A stretch of 64,000 bases of DNA from Massalongia carnosa (lineage: Eukaryota). Shown here piece after piece: positions 47,265 to 59,450 of this stretch. The stretch covers positions 496,001 to 560,000 of the forward strand of contig OZ287073.1 in the NCBI GenBank assembly GCA_965645245.1, given 5' to 3'. Both the position numbers and the translations under genes were made by a program. Within the stretch, counting starts at the first letter, position 1. The number at the start of each line of letters is the position of its first letter. The notes under the pieces are model-generated. The model did not search any database. It had not been told where the DNA came from and saw only the letters and a list, made by a program, of their open reading frames with translations.

Positions 47265-48005
47265 TGATGATGTTTTTATACTCCGATATGTCACCGGCCG
47301 TAGGTCGGCCCATGCGGGCAAAGCTATCTAAGTTATATTACATGGAAAACCTTTTTCATGTGTAAAAACCATATCCCTTGATACCTGTCCGATATGACAC
47401 CGGGTCGACGTCGGACAGGAGACGCAGAGCGAAAATCATGTGAGAACTGTGACGCCTTCTAAGATAAGAAGGATAAGAGAAGTGAAACTACTGTTAATTG
47501 TACAATAGTGTAGATGCCAGTGAGAATTGGGTCAGTAGACCTGTTTTCATTAGCCAAGTAGTTACTATCTTAAGAGTTTTTGATGTTTAGGTTAGCTGTT
47601 GATAGTTGTTCGTGCCAGCGGCGCGAAATATCTGTTCTCTATTGTCAATAAGTCTACAGAACATAATTACATGTTCTGGAGTTTGTCTGTGCTAGCCACA
47701 TGGGCAGGCCGGTGAGGTGACGGCGGGGACCCGTCGCTGGTAGAGGAAGTCAGCTAGACCGATTTTACCGGTGCGGATCTGTGTTGCCAGGGCGCTTTCT
47801 GCCTTTTTTAGCAGCGTGTGTATTTTCAGACGTTTTTTGCTCAGTGGGACTGATTGCGCTATGGAGGGTTCGGCGACGCGATTTTGCTATGCGCTCCACA
47901 AGTCGTTACAGACTTTTAGCTGTCGGGACTTAATTGTCTGCATTTGTTTTTGACAAGCCAACGCTGCTACGGAGACTTCGCGGAGATGCATTGGGGAGGG
48001 GTCGG
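47265..48005 (-). mobile_element. SINE-like non-coding retroposon with a (CAT)n tail
   Basis: The minus strand ends cccgcatgggccgacctacggccggtgaca..catcatca. No long ORF. The 5' boundary is approximate. Confidence 0.55.
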
Positions 48006-48411
48006 ACAATTGTGGGTATGCTTTGAGTTTTTCTATTTATTTATTCATTAAGTGTATTCAACCTAAGGTTATGACACTAAACTATTTTAGGATATGTTTC
48101 TATAATACAAATAAATCAACCCTTTATAACCCATCTATGTATCGTCAATTTTTACCCGATTTTACTTCGTATTAGTAACAACTTATAGTACACCCGTTTG
48201 CAAAATGGTGTGCCGAACTTTGAACCCCGAAACTGCGCGGTAAAAAAAAAATAATAAGCGACAGAATTGGACCACACACCAGAATCTGGTGCAGTAGCTA
48301 ATAGCCCTCCTCCCCTTCACACTGCCCTTTGCAGTCTATAGGATAATATGGTTAATGATATCCTTTTGATTGTCATTTGTATAAACTTTCAACGTAGTTA
48401 TTCCAGTCATC

Positions 48412-49207
48412 ATGCCTCGAAAACAGCCTCCTAAACAGCCTTCAAAACAGCCCCCCAAACAGCCCTCCAAACAATCATGAAAACGGGCATCTACTACTGA
48501 ATTACCTAGGAACTCAGCACCTTCATTTAAACATAGGCTTAGAATCAATTCTCCTAGATCATCATCACCAGTTTTAAATGCCCGTATTCCTGATCTTCCA
48601 TCACGTCTACCTTTACCATCTCCTCCAGCTTCTCCTTCGGCTTCGCCTTTACCTTCTCATCGTCTCCTCCTCCCCGAGCCAAGGAATGTTCGTCCGACTC
48701 GCAGTAGTACGCCTTCTCCTTGTCTTTCTGAGCTATCTAGTGCTCCTGAACCTGAGCCTGAGCCTGAGCCTGAGCCCGAGCCTGTTTTGTTTACTCTGAT
48801 TTACAAACCAAACCATTCAGCAGTGGAAAAGTACTGTTTATGAGGAAAAATGGGAGAAAATGGGAATCGAACCTGGCATCGGCATACGTTTGGCTCGCGA
48901 TATCAGCAAATTTGCTAGACAATTAAACCAGCAATCATCCGAGCACGATTCTGAATCTATAATTGTTCCTCCTCCTCCATCAGAATCACGTTCCTCCAGT
49001 CAATCTTTGCCAAAGAATTTCCGGCCAAGCTTCAATGTACGTCCGCTAACTACTAGGACTACACAAAAGGCTTTGAATGACGAGGAGGAGGGAGAGGAGA
49101 AGGAGGAGGACCTTGACGAGGACGAGGAGGAGGAAGAGGAGGAGGACAATAAGGAGGACGAGGAGGACGAGGAGGACGAGGAGGATGATACGGAAGACAG
49201 TAGCTGA
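48412..49207 (+). pseudogene. Second, convergent ORF inside the Tc1-like element, function unknown
   Basis: MPRKQPPKQPSK.., a Pro/Ser-rich region, WEKMGIEPGIGIRLARDISKF and an acidic tail. One stop and one frame break. Confidence 0.55.
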
Positions 49208-49305
49208 TGAGGAAATTGATTTTTATGAGTTTTATTCAATACTAGACTGTCGAAACAATGCACCTGCATCATGTGAAACATCTTCACTTATAGCCTGTAG
49301 TGCTA

Positions 49306-49626
49306 TGTAAAATCTAGCTTCACTTTGTAGGTATGATAGCATGATTGTCATTGAAGGTGTGGATTATATGTGAGCTATCTACTCATTATATAGCAGTCAC
49401 ATTGAAGACTTTCCGGCGACCCCCTTTCATAGGGAGTCAGCTGGTCTACTGATTCTCGGTCCCCAGAGGTCACTTCGGCCCCCATGGTAGGGTAACCAAA
49501 GATAGGCACTAGACGGATGCCCATGATGGTAGTCTAACAGTTCTTACCATCTAACACTTACCCTCTAACAGTTCTTACCATCTAATAACTAGATGGATGT
49601 TAGATGTTAGTCCTTACCATCTAACA
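49306..49626. repeat. Solo LTR (family A relative)
   Basis: TGTAAAA..CTAACA, homologous to 165-226 and 3654-3887. No matching TSD. Confidence 0.65.
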
Positions 49627-50547
49627 AGTACATCTTCTAAAATCTCCCAAATCCACCAGATTCCTCCATATATGAATCAATTAAACTACTGTGACGTTTA
49701 ATCCAGGCCTTAAGAATAGAGAATGAAGTCTCTATTGGATTAAAATCGGGTAATTACGGAGGCAAATGAACTAGCAAAACATATGCATCCTGACACATGA
49801 TCCTCAATTCCTCACTCCAATGTATAGAGGCATTATCCATAATCAAAACCGAACGAGGACCATTACCTCCAGCGCAGTATGGTAAAACCTCGAGCCTGAC
49901 GAATTCATTCAGAATATCTGATATTATAGAGCCATGATGCACCTCCCAAGCTATGAAACCGTCGATGGTGAACGCTAGTAATATACTCCATCTCTTAGAA
50001 AGTTTGAGCGCTTGAATCATGGTCGGTTTGATCCTGGTGCGGCCCATCCATATCGACGATCACCTAAAGTAATAACAATTAGCAAAGAAACTGAAGTTCT
50101 TCAAATAGTACTGACCAGTATGCTCGCATGTGGCGCTTTCGTCCAGAAAATCAACTGATCAGCCCTCCATCCTCCCAGTCTAATCATCTTCTCATCACGC
50201 AAAGATTGGTGGCGTTGTTATGCTATACGAATAGCCATCTGCTTAAGAGTTCGAGAAACCGTAGACTAGCTCACCAAGACGTTGAATTCATCATACAAAA
50301 ACCAGCACATCTCGTCCAAATAAGAGGTAGGTCTCTGATCCAGATACATGAGTAGTTGCTCGATTTGTTGTTGATACATTTTCTTTCGCCGGCCAGTAGC
50401 AAGCTGAGGTTTTGCAACCTCACTGAAATGATAACAATTATATCTCATCTTACGTAGTTGTCTAATGCTGACACCAGTAGCATCTTCATCCGATTCCAGT
50501 CTGAACTTTATAGCCTGGCGTTTGATAATGCTGAATGATCGTCCCAT
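49627..50547 (-). pseudogene. Tc1-type DDE transposase, degenerate
   Basis: RPTSYLDEMCWFLYDEF, VLIMDNASIH and LPP*LPDFNPIE. Confidence 0.85.
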
Positions 50548-51940
50548 GTTTGCTTTTGAAACTACGAGGTAGCAAGAATAAAGATCTACATGAAAACACT
50601 ACATATCATTTATCCTACAGACTGCAAAAGGTGGTGTGAAAGGGAGGAGGGCCATTAGATACTGCACCAAATTCTGATGTGTGGTCCAATTCTGTCGCTT
50701 AATATTTTTTTTACCGCGCAGTTTCGGGGTTCAAAGTTCGGCACACCATTTTGCAAATGGGTGTAATCGAAAAATTATCGATTTTACAATTTGTCTTTGT
50801 AAGTTCGTAAATGTTTCAGCATAAATCATTTTTGATTTTACTGTTCGATCTCTCCACAACCTCTAGTTTCGACAATTTCATCATCAAGCTGACCTAGTAT
50901 CCATTTTCTAGTCGCGATTTTGTTATTGACAATGAATTTAAACAAAATATCATTTCCGATCTTTTTATTGAACAACATATTCAAGTTGATCGTAGTATCG
51001 ACATTTCGTTTCGTCTTGAAGAAATTTTTGAATTGACACGGTGTAAGCATCGATTTCGACGGGGGAATGCAATTCAATAACAAGTGTTCTGGCGTTTATC
51101 GTTGATTGCATCGATTTGAGCATTATGACGAATTATAATCTTTCAATCTATTTTTTTTTTTATTCATTAAGAGTATTTAACCTAAGGTTATGACACTAAA
51201 CTATTTAAGAATATGTTTCTATATTACAAATAAATAAACCCTTTTTAACCCATCTATGTATCGTCAATTTTTCCCCATTTTTACTCCTTGTTAGTAACAA
51301 CCTATAGTAATCGAAGTATATCGATTTTACAATTTGTCTTTGTAATTTCGTGAATGTTTCAGCATAAATCGTTTCTGATTTTACTGTTCGATCTCTCCCC
51401 AAACTCCAGTTTCAAAAATCTCGTCATCAAGCTGACCTAGTATCCATTTTCTAGTCGCGATTTTGTTATTGACAATGAATTTAATAAAAATATCATTTCC
51501 GATTATTGTATTAAACAACATATTTAATTTGATCGTAGTATCGATATTTTGTTTCATGTTTCAAATTTCATCGAAATAGTGAATGCAATTCAATAACAAG
51601 TGTTCTGGCGTTTGTCGTTGATTGCATCGATTTGTGCAATTTGAGGAATTATAATCTTTCAATCGCTGTAAATATGATCGAAAATAGCCGTGTCCGAATT
51701 TTAATTTATTTTTTTTTATTTATTCATTAAGTGTATTCAACCTAAGGTTATGACACTAAACTATTTTAGGATATGTTTCTATATTACAAATAAATCAACC
51801 CTTTATAACCCATCTATGTATTGTCAATTTTTCCCCATTTTTACTCCGTGTTAGCAACAACCTATAGTAATCGAAGAATATCGATTTTAAAATTTGTCTT
51901 TGTAAGTTCGTGAATGTTTCAGCATAAATCGTTTCTGATT

Positions 51941-54900
51941 TTACTGTTCGATCTCTCCCCAACCTCCAGTTTCGAAAATCTCGTCATCAAGCTGACCTAG
52001 TATCCATTTTCTTGTCGCGATTTTGTTATTGACAATGAATTTAATCAAAATGTCATTTCCGATTTTTGTATTAAACAACATATTCAAGTTGATGGTAGTA
52101 TCGATATTTTGTTTCATGTTTTGAATTTCATCGAAATAGTGAATGCAATTCAATAACAAGTGTTCTGGCGTTTGTCGTTGATTGCATCGATTTGAGCATT
52201 TTGACGAATTATAATCTTTCAATCGCTGTAAATAAGATCGAAAATAGCCGTGTCCGAATTTTAATTGCATAATAGTAGCAAATATCAATTTGGAACAGTT
52301 GTTTGATAAATAATAAAATCTCGATATGCCAGGTTTCATTTCGAATTTCTCGTAGTATTTGCCTTTTGATTTGCATTGTTGCCATTGATTCGTCCATGTG
52401 GTTAGCATATTTTGATTTATTTGATCTTTTACATAATCAAATGTTATCGCCGAGGACTCGACTAGGATTTGATTATGGCCCGTCTTTGCTATTTTGTCTG
52501 CAATTTCGTTTTCGGTAATATTTGAATGACTCGGAACCCATTGCAAAATCACCTGAAAATTGCTTTCAAATAAGATTTTTGCGAGCTTTCGAATTTGTCT
52601 GGCGAAAATATGATTTGTCAAGTTCTGAATTTCGTTTATCGCGTTTATACTATCAGAAAAAATCCAAATCGTTTTTTCTAAGTTCGATAAAATATTAGTA
52701 TTCGACAATTTATAGACCCATTTCATTGCTTGTAAAATCGCATGCAGTTCAGCATTTTTAATGCTTGACTTTTTGCTTAATTTCCAGCTTTTCGAAATCG
52801 TATGATACTTGATCAGACAATCTTTTTCGATAAATCGATTAAAATTATTGATAATATTACTCCACTTCCTTATAACTGGCGCAAATGTGACTGCAGACGT
52901 TGCAAATTCGATTTTCGATCCATCTGTATAAAGTAAAACTCGGGATTTATCGGAGTTCATTGATTTAATTTTGGATAAGGTCAAATAATAACTTGATTTA
53001 GCAGATTCCTTTGTATTTTCGATTTGAAATTTGATTTTGCAAGGCGATTTCCAAGGTTTAATAAAATGATTTGATTGTTCAAATTTCTCAGTTTTGTGAA
53101 CTATATCGGAAACGGAATGAAGAACGCGAATAAGCTGACTAGGATGTCGTTTATTTGTTTGTTTTTCGTCTTCGTTCCATTCGGCATATTTGTTGTTCCA
53201 TAAACTTGTGTCAAAACCTATATTTTCGAATTTTATCGAATATGTGTTTGGAATTCTTTGACAAATAGGGTTATTTTCGGCAATCTTCAATAATCGAATT
53301 GCGTATTTTTGATTTTTCATTAATAATCGAAGTTTAACTGGTAAAACATGTGATTCAATTTCCATCGCCTGAATAGGTGTGGTTTTGAAAGTTCCTAAAA
53401 TCTTTCGAATCATTTGATTTTTTAGGTTCTGAAATAGTTTTTCATATTTCTTTTGACCATTATACCAAATTTCTGAGCCGTAGTCCGAAATAGGAATAAT
53501 GCATGACATATAGAGCTGTCTGCATGCGGTCGGTTTCAGACCCCATTCGGATTTCATCAAATTCTGAATTGCAAAAAACGATCGATTCGCAGAAGAGATC
53601 CGCGTTTCGACGTGGTTTTTGAAATTTAGTTTTCGGTCTAACCAGACGCCCAACCATTTGACTACATTTTTCGGTTCTAGTACTGTCCCGTTTGGTAATT
53701 CCAATGTGTCTTTCGATACATTTCTTGTCTTTTCGAAGTGAATCAGCTCGGATTTATCGTCATCAAATTTGACATTATTCGATGCGGCCCAATCAAAGGC
53801 CGTTTTGACTATGATTTCGATTTCTTTGCAATTCTGTTTTGCAGTTTTATTTTCGACATATATTGCAACATCGTCAATAAAACTGGGAGAATGTGCATTG
53901 AATTTCATTCGTATTTTCGGAAACAAGTGACGAATGTAAATCAGAAATAGAATAGGCGAGATTGGTGAGCCTTGTGGAATTCCTGATTCGACATAATATG
54001 TTTTGCTTAAATTTTCATCAAATATCAAATTGATCGATCGCTTTGTCATGAAATGCTTGACCCATTGAATTATTATGCGAGATAATTTCAGCTTTTTCAT
54101 AACATTTAGCAGTTGATTAATCGAGACAAAGTCAAATGCGCCTTTGACATCGAGTAATAAACATGATAAGACGTTTTTATTTCTATTTGCAATTTCAATA
54201 TCATGAACAACGTTCATTACTGCGTCAATTGCAGAATGATTTTTGCGTCCGCCCATCTGTTCGATATCGAGTAAATTCGAATTTTCGCCGAAGTAGGCTA
54301 GTCGATTTGCAACGATTTTCTCAGCAATTTTACCAAGAAAATTTAATAATGTGATAATTCGATATGATTTTGGAAACGAATAGTCCGATTTATTAGGTTT
54401 TTTCAGAACTGCACCGAGTCCTGTCCGCGAGCATAACGGGTGATAACCGATTCGAATGAATTTCGAATAAATCATGAAAAACACGTTTTTCAACGATTGA
54501 AACGATTTTTGAACAATTGTAAAATTGATTGCATCAGGTCCACATGCTTTCTTCGGATTAAATAAACTAATCGCATTTTTCAACTCGTTTTCGGTCAAAT
54601 CTGGCCAATTATCATCATTTACGCTGTCTTGATTTGATAAATCTTCCTCATTATCGTCAATAAATGGGTTTTTTGTATACATTGCTGACACAAATGCATC
54701 GCATTTTTGTTCAAACTGAACATTTAGCTTGATTTCATGTAGAATCGGCGGTATTTTTTCGAATATTCGCGGTTTAGTGTATTTATACGCGGTAAATACA
54801 TCTTTATTTGCTGCATTTTCAAGAAAAGTCAACCATGTTTGTTGTTTTGCTTTTCGAATTGCATGAAAATACTCGATTCGACTATGTTTAAACGTCCGAT

Positions 54901-55954
54901 GACTAAAATCGGACGGATAATTCTTCCATTCTCGACGATGTCTGCACATGGTTTTTCGAAGTTCAGTTAAATCATGCGACCACCAATTTTTCGATTTTGC
55001 ACAAATTTTCGTTTTCGGAATAAACATTTCAGCCGCGTTTTTGATAACGTTTTGCAAATATATCGCTGATTCGTCGAATTGATGATTATTCAATAAACTT
55101 TGAACTTGTGATTCGTAGATGGTTGAATTTTCGTCTAGATACTTCGCGAATTTATTCCAATCAGCTTTATTGCAATTGTATTTATTCGATAATGCGGTTG
55201 CATGTGACGTCAAGTTTTTGAAAGATGCGATTAGTTCAAATCGGATGACTTCATGATCAGAACCTGTGACAGCGTTTTCATCGATTGACCAATTTGTAAT
55301 TGCATTTTCGATTTTAGAATTTACAAAAGTTAAATCAATAACAGATGAAGAACTTCCAGAATGGGCGTAGTATGTACATAAGTCAGGTGTGTTTATCAAG
55401 CTACATCTGTTTAATTTCAACCATTTGACAAGATTTTCTGATCGAATTGCTTGTTGAATTTTCGAATTCCACCAGTTATGATATGCATTGAAATCTCCAC
55501 AGATGACGAATTGATCAGTTGATTTTGGTTGTAATTGGATTAAAAGTCGATCGATCGTGTATGTTTCTCGATCACTTTGACTTTTTTCGTTATAAATATT
55601 GAAAATCTGCACTTTTCGAACTTCATCAATTGTAATTTCAATAATTTGCATATCGGAATCGTCAATAAGATCCGTTCTAGGCGTGCATTGCAGTTTGGAA
55701 TTGCCATTTGTGACAAATATAGCTACTCTCGAGCGATAAGTCGCTATTTTTGGCATAATACATGTAAATGACGGATGTGATATTGTTTTTTGATCTCGTG
55801 TCCATGGTTCCTGAAACAAAACAATATCAATTTGATTTGATAAAGCATATTCCAAACACGATATCATTGCATTCGTTGACTTTGCACAATTATGTTGAAT
55901 AAATTTAACATTTTGTGTATTTTCGATGTTTGTCAACGAATGCTGTCCTGCCAT
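51941..55954 (-). CDS. LINE ORF2: APE endonuclease, RT, RNase H, C-terminal zinc motif
   Basis: QHNC, FQEPW, GDFNA, GSDH, LLDVKGAFD, GIPQGSPISP, FIDD, YTDGS, NAELHAI, FSDS, WVPSH and C..C..HLLLNC. Confidence 0.97.
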   Translation of the reverse strand: MAGQHSLTNIENTQNVKFIQHNCAKSTNAMISCLEYALSNQIDIVLFQEPWTRDQKTISHPSFTCIMPKIATYRSRVAIFVTNGNSKLQCTPRTDLIDDSDMQIIEITIDEVRKVQIFNIYNEKSQSDRETYTIDRLLIQLQPKSTDQFVICGDFNAYHNWWNSKIQQAIRSENLVKWLKLNRCSLINTPDLCTYYAHSGSSSSVIDLTFVNSKIENAITNWSIDENAVTGSDHEVIRFELIASFKNLTSHATALSNKYNCNKADWNKFAKYLDENSTIYESQVQSLLNNHQFDESAIYLQNVIKNAAEMFIPKTKICAKSKNWWSHDLTELRKTMCRHRREWKNYPSDFSHRTFKHSRIEYFHAIRKAKQQTWLTFLENAANKDVFTAYKYTKPRIFEKIPPILHEIKLNVQFEQKCDAFVSAMYTKNPFIDDNEEDLSNQDSVNDDNWPDLTENELKNAISLFNPKKACGPDAINFTIVQKSFQSLKNVFFMIYSKFIRIGYHPLCSRTGLGAVLKKPNKSDYSFPKSYRIITLLNFLGKIAEKIVANRLAYFGENSNLLDIEQMGGRKNHSAIDAVMNVVHDIEIANRNKNVLSCLLLDVKGAFDFVSINQLLNVMKKLKLSRIIIQWVKHFMTKRSINLIFDENLSKTYYVESGIPQGSPISPILFLIYIRHLFPKIRMKFNAHSPSFIDDVAIYVENKTAKQNCKEIEIIVKTAFDWAASNNVKFDDDKSELIHFEKTRNVSKDTLELPNGTVLEPKNVVKWLGVWLDRKLNFKNHVETRISSANRSFFAIQNLMKSEWGLKPTACRQLYMSCIIPISDYGSEIWYNGQKKYEKLFQNLKNQMIRKILGTFKTTPIQAMEIESHVLPVKLRLLMKNQKYAIRLLKIAENNPICQRIPNTYSIKFENIGFDTSLWNNKYAEWNEDEKQTNKRHPSQLIRVLHSVSDIVHKTEKFEQSNHFIKPWKSPCKIKFQIENTKESAKSSYYLTLSKIKSMNSDKSRVLLYTDGSKIEFATSAVTFAPVIRKWSNIINNFNRFIEKDCLIKYHTISKSWKLSKKSSIKNAELHAILQAMKWVYKLSNTNILSNLEKTIWIFSDSINAINEIQNLTNHIFARQIRKLAKILFESNFQVILQWVPSHSNITENEIADKIAKTGHNQILVESSAITFDYVKDQINQNMLTTWTNQWQQCKSKGKYYEKFEMKPGISRFYYLSNNCSKLIFATIMQLKFGHGYFRSYLQRLKDYNSSKCSNRCNQRQTPEHLLLNCIHYFDEIQNMKQNIDTTINLNMLFNTKIGNDILIKFIVNNKIATRKWILGQLDDEIFETGGWGEIEQ

Positions 55955-57612
55955 TACAAAGCGGCTAATTCGTCAGTCGATTTTCGAACATTTAACGATA
56001 TAACCATTTCACAATTTTCATCATTGGATTGATGATTCTTGTTGCAATTCGCGCATTTGACGACGGCGTGTGCACAAGCAATTTTTGACTTGCATGTTGT
56101 GCATTCATGATTGCGTGTTTCATGGTTTTGCGCACATATGCTGCATTTCGCTTGACTTTTGCATTGATAATGCTTGTGTCCAAATTTTTGACAATTAATG
56201 CATTGTGTGTTTGGACGAACGGAGGTAAATATTTCCGTGTCACAATGTCGGCCCGCGATATTGACTCCTTTTAACGCGTTCAAGGCCATATTTCGATCAT
56301 TGAATGTCAAAACAACGGATGATTTGATCTTGTTATGACGATCACGTGCTAGCCATCTGGGAACATCGCATAATTGCATGTTCGAATTGAACTTTTGAAT
56401 TTCCTCTTGCAAATATTGCATGTTTTCATCAAATGTTGCAATATTTACACCGTGTGCGACGACTTTGAACCACGATTCGTCCTTTCGAACTGTTCGTGGG
56501 TCGAATAAATGCTCCCATATTGATTTATTGTTCAATAAATCTTCAGCAGTGTTATCAGGACTAGTAGTCAGAACGATGTTTTGACCCGTTTTGGACTTTT
56601 CGACCGTGTTAACAACGATAGTCAATTTCGCGTCTTTAAAAAGCGAATTGATTTGGTTTCGAAGCAACAGTGAATCGATATCGCCGATTTGAGCTTTCGG
56701 TATGATTATCAATCGTCGAGATTTGATCGCCTTGAAATCGTCAGTATTATCGAATTTGTTCGCATTCGAATTATTGTTGTTGTTCTTGTTTGTTTTTTTG
56801 GATCGAGGAACGGTAGTCCAATTTTCGGAATTGACAGTCGCTTTTCCGAGCATTTGGCTCCATGTTCTAGCTGTATCGTTGACCTGCGGCCCTGGGACTC
56901 CGGCGGTTTCGCTCCGAATTTCTGGGTTGACGTTTTGAGTCAAATTCGAATTTCCATTTGAATTTCCCTTCGATTTTGTCTGTATAGGATGCACCGATTT
57001 TCTCTTTGTTTCTGGAATTTGGCTAGTTTGTTCTAGCACCCTATTCAATTTCCAATCAATCATTTCTAACGTTGCTTTTGGCTTGATCGATTTCTTTGCC
57101 AGTAGAGAATTAACGTGATCGATGACCATAGCCGTTTCGGGGTTTTGATCTATTACGAATGACTCTAATAATGCATTTTTTGCCGTATTCAATAGTTGAA
57201 TCGATTTTGATCGATTGATAACTTCTTGACTCTCAATCGAATGTTCGTCAAATGTTCGTCTTTTGTTGCGTTTAATTGGTGGACTCAGTCGAATATCAGA
57301 ATTCAATGATGGCATGGGCAGATTGGTACTGAATTCACCAGATGGCGCGACAAAAGGTTTCGTTTTTGGGGTGGGTGTGGACGGTGCGGACGAAAATTCT
57401 CGCGTTTGGTCCATGGCCTCCGTGGATTCTACGGTTAGGGGGTTGCTCCCAATTATCGCTACCGAAGATGGCGTGGGGGAGTCGGTTCGGGGGGGGCACG
57501 GGGGAGTACTCGGGGGGACCCATAGATGTTGTGGAGGGGGGCCTGGGGGAGGAGTTGTTGGTATCAATCGATTTGGTCTATGACCTATCGGGTTAAATCT
57601 TCGATTGAGCAT
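55954..57612 (-). CDS. LINE ORF1, gag-like with three zinc knuckles
   Basis: CINCQKFGHKHYQC, CSICAQNH and CANCNKNH. The stop overlaps the ORF2 start (TAATG). Confidence 0.93.
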   Translation of the reverse strand: MLNRRFNPIGHRPNRLIPTTPPPGPPPQHLWVPPSTPPCPPRTDSPTPSSVAIIGSNPLTVESTEAMDQTREFSSAPSTPTPKTKPFVAPSGEFSTNLPMPSLNSDIRLSPPIKRNKRRTFDEHSIESQEVINRSKSIQLLNTAKNALLESFVIDQNPETAMVIDHVNSLLAKKSIKPKATLEMIDWKLNRVLEQTSQIPETKRKSVHPIQTKSKGNSNGNSNLTQNVNPEIRSETAGVPGPQVNDTARTWSQMLGKATVNSENWTTVPRSKKTNKNNNNNSNANKFDNTDDFKAIKSRRLIIIPKAQIGDIDSLLLRNQINSLFKDAKLTIVVNTVEKSKTGQNIVLTTSPDNTAEDLLNNKSIWEHLFDPRTVRKDESWFKVVAHGVNIATFDENMQYLQEEIQKFNSNMQLCDVPRWLARDRHNKIKSSVVLTFNDRNMALNALKGVNIAGRHCDTEIFTSVRPNTQCINCQKFGHKHYQCKSQAKCSICAQNHETRNHECTTCKSKIACAHAVVKCANCNKNHQSNDENCEMVISLNVRKSTDELAAL

Positions 57613-59450
57613 AGTGTTTTTGCCTTTGCAATATCCCTTTTATCGCCACCAAATAATTTATTCTGACTTTCCCCGGACGTACTAGTCAGAATAGAATTTA
57701 CACCTGTTTGTTTACTGGTCAAATGACTCTTTCTTTCCTATCCCTATTTATTTGACTATAACGCGTCAAATAAATCCTAATCGGGTTAAAATAGACCGTT
57801 CCTCGCTAAGGCAGTAAGTCTTATTTAACCCTTTACCAGACACTACAATAGGTGAAAATAATGAAAGTTTTTTTTTTGCTTTTATCAATAAAGATAAATT
57901 TTAATGCAATGTAAGACAATAGGAGACTTCCTATTCTGATTAATCTGAAACAGGACCTTTGGTATAATCCTATTCCAGACGTTTTTCCCCTTCTTTTCAG
58001 TGATCTGTTGACCGGCCGTTCAACGAAGATCTATAAAGCCGAAAATGGAATGTGCAAAAATTATACGTGAAATATGCTATGAAAATTTGTGCTTGCGGAA
58101 GTTCCCGTAACCTTAAATGAGGAATGAACTTTAGAAGACTCTGACGTCGCGACAGTTGTTGTACAGTCCCGCGAGAGTATATAATTTTTGTAGATAATTT
58201 TTATAGTAATAATTAAAGGTCATGCGACAACAGAACAGAAGAAAACAAGAAAAAAGAGCGATTTTTGGTGAGGTTGTTGGTATTTGTTGTTTTTTCCAAC
58301 TTCTAGAGCGCGCTTTATCACGTCGGTCGCGTGCGACCAGCAGAAAAACTCTGCTGGAGCTTTGCTAGAGCTCTCCTACACTCAATCTGAGAGCGTTTTA
58401 ACTCTGGAGGAGCGCAAATGACTGAGAAATAGAGGCTCAATTGACTGTTAAAGTTATAGTGTATCAAAAGTTGCGGTACTTGTGTTTCTTTGTTGTTCAG
58501 GCGTGGGATGCGTTTCCGAATTTTAATTGCATAATAGTAGAAAATATCAATTTGGAACAGTTGTTTGATAAATAATAAAATCTCGATATGCCAGGTTTCA
58601 TTTCGAATTTCTCGTAGTATTTGCCTTTCGATTTGCATTGTTGCCATTGATTCGTCCATGTGGTTAGCGTATTTTGATTTATTTGATCTTTTACATAATC
58701 AAATGTTATAGCCGAGGACTCGACTATGATTTGATTATGGCCCGTCTTTGCTATTTTGTCTGCAATTTCGTTTCCGGTAATATTTGAATGACTCGGAACC
58801 CATTGCAAAATCACCTGATAATTGCTTTCAAATAAACGTTTTGCGAGCTTTCGAATTTGTCTTGCGAAAATATGATTTGTCAAGTTATGAATTTCGTATA
58901 TCGCGTTTCTACTATCAGAAAAAATCCTAATCGTTTTTTCTAAGTTTGATAAAATATTAGTATTCGACAATTTAAAGACCTATTTCATTGCTTGTAAAAT
59001 CGCATGCAGTTCAGCATTTTTAATGCTTGACTGTTTGCTTAATTTCCAGCTTTTCGAAATCGTATGATACTTGATCAGACAATCTTTTTCGATAAATCGA
59101 TCAAAATTATTGATATTATTACTCCAATTCCTCGTAATTGGCGCAAATGTGACTGCAGACGATACAAATTCGATTTTTGATCCATCTGTATAAAGTAAAA
59201 CTCGGGATTTATCGGAGTTCATTGATTTAATTTTGGATAAGGTCGAATAATAACTTGATTTAGCAGATTCCTTTGTATTTTCGATTTGAAATACGATTTT
59301 GCACGGCGATTTCCAAGGTTTAATAAAATGATTTGATTGTTCAAATTCATCAGTTTTGTGAACTATTTCGGAAACGGAATGAAGAACGCGAATAAGCTGA
59401 CTAGGATTTTGTTTATTTCTTTGTTTTTCGTCTTCGTTCCATTCGGCATA

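Larger units (their letters stand above)
48191..50763 (-). mobile_element. Tc1-like DNA transposon with about 155-bp TIRs
   Basis: CACCCGTTTGCAAAATGGTGTGCCGAAC and its inverse at 50610-50763, TA TSD. Confidence 0.93.
48028..51148 (-). mobile_element. Tad-like LINE 3' fragment (copy A) split by the Tc1-like element
   Basis: 48028-48190 plus 50766-51148 match the 3' UTR and ORF2 end of the full-length LINE. Confidence 0.9.
51707..58514 (-). mobile_element. Full-length Tad-like LINE (copy C)
   Basis: 14-bp TSD TCCGAATTTTAATT (51693-51706, 58515-58528), A-rich tail, about 900-bp 5' UTR, both ORFs open. Confidence 0.95.
51149..59450 (-). mobile_element. Tad-like LINE copy B (51149-51706 plus 58529-59450), host of the full-length copy
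   Basis: The ORF2 3' sequence resumes at 58529 exactly where it stops at 51706. Confidence 0.9.

Noticed and set aside
55954..57612. EKA-type avirulence effector
   Set aside because: It is a complete ORF1 with zinc knuckles inside an intact LINE, and nothing in the sequence supports an effector role.
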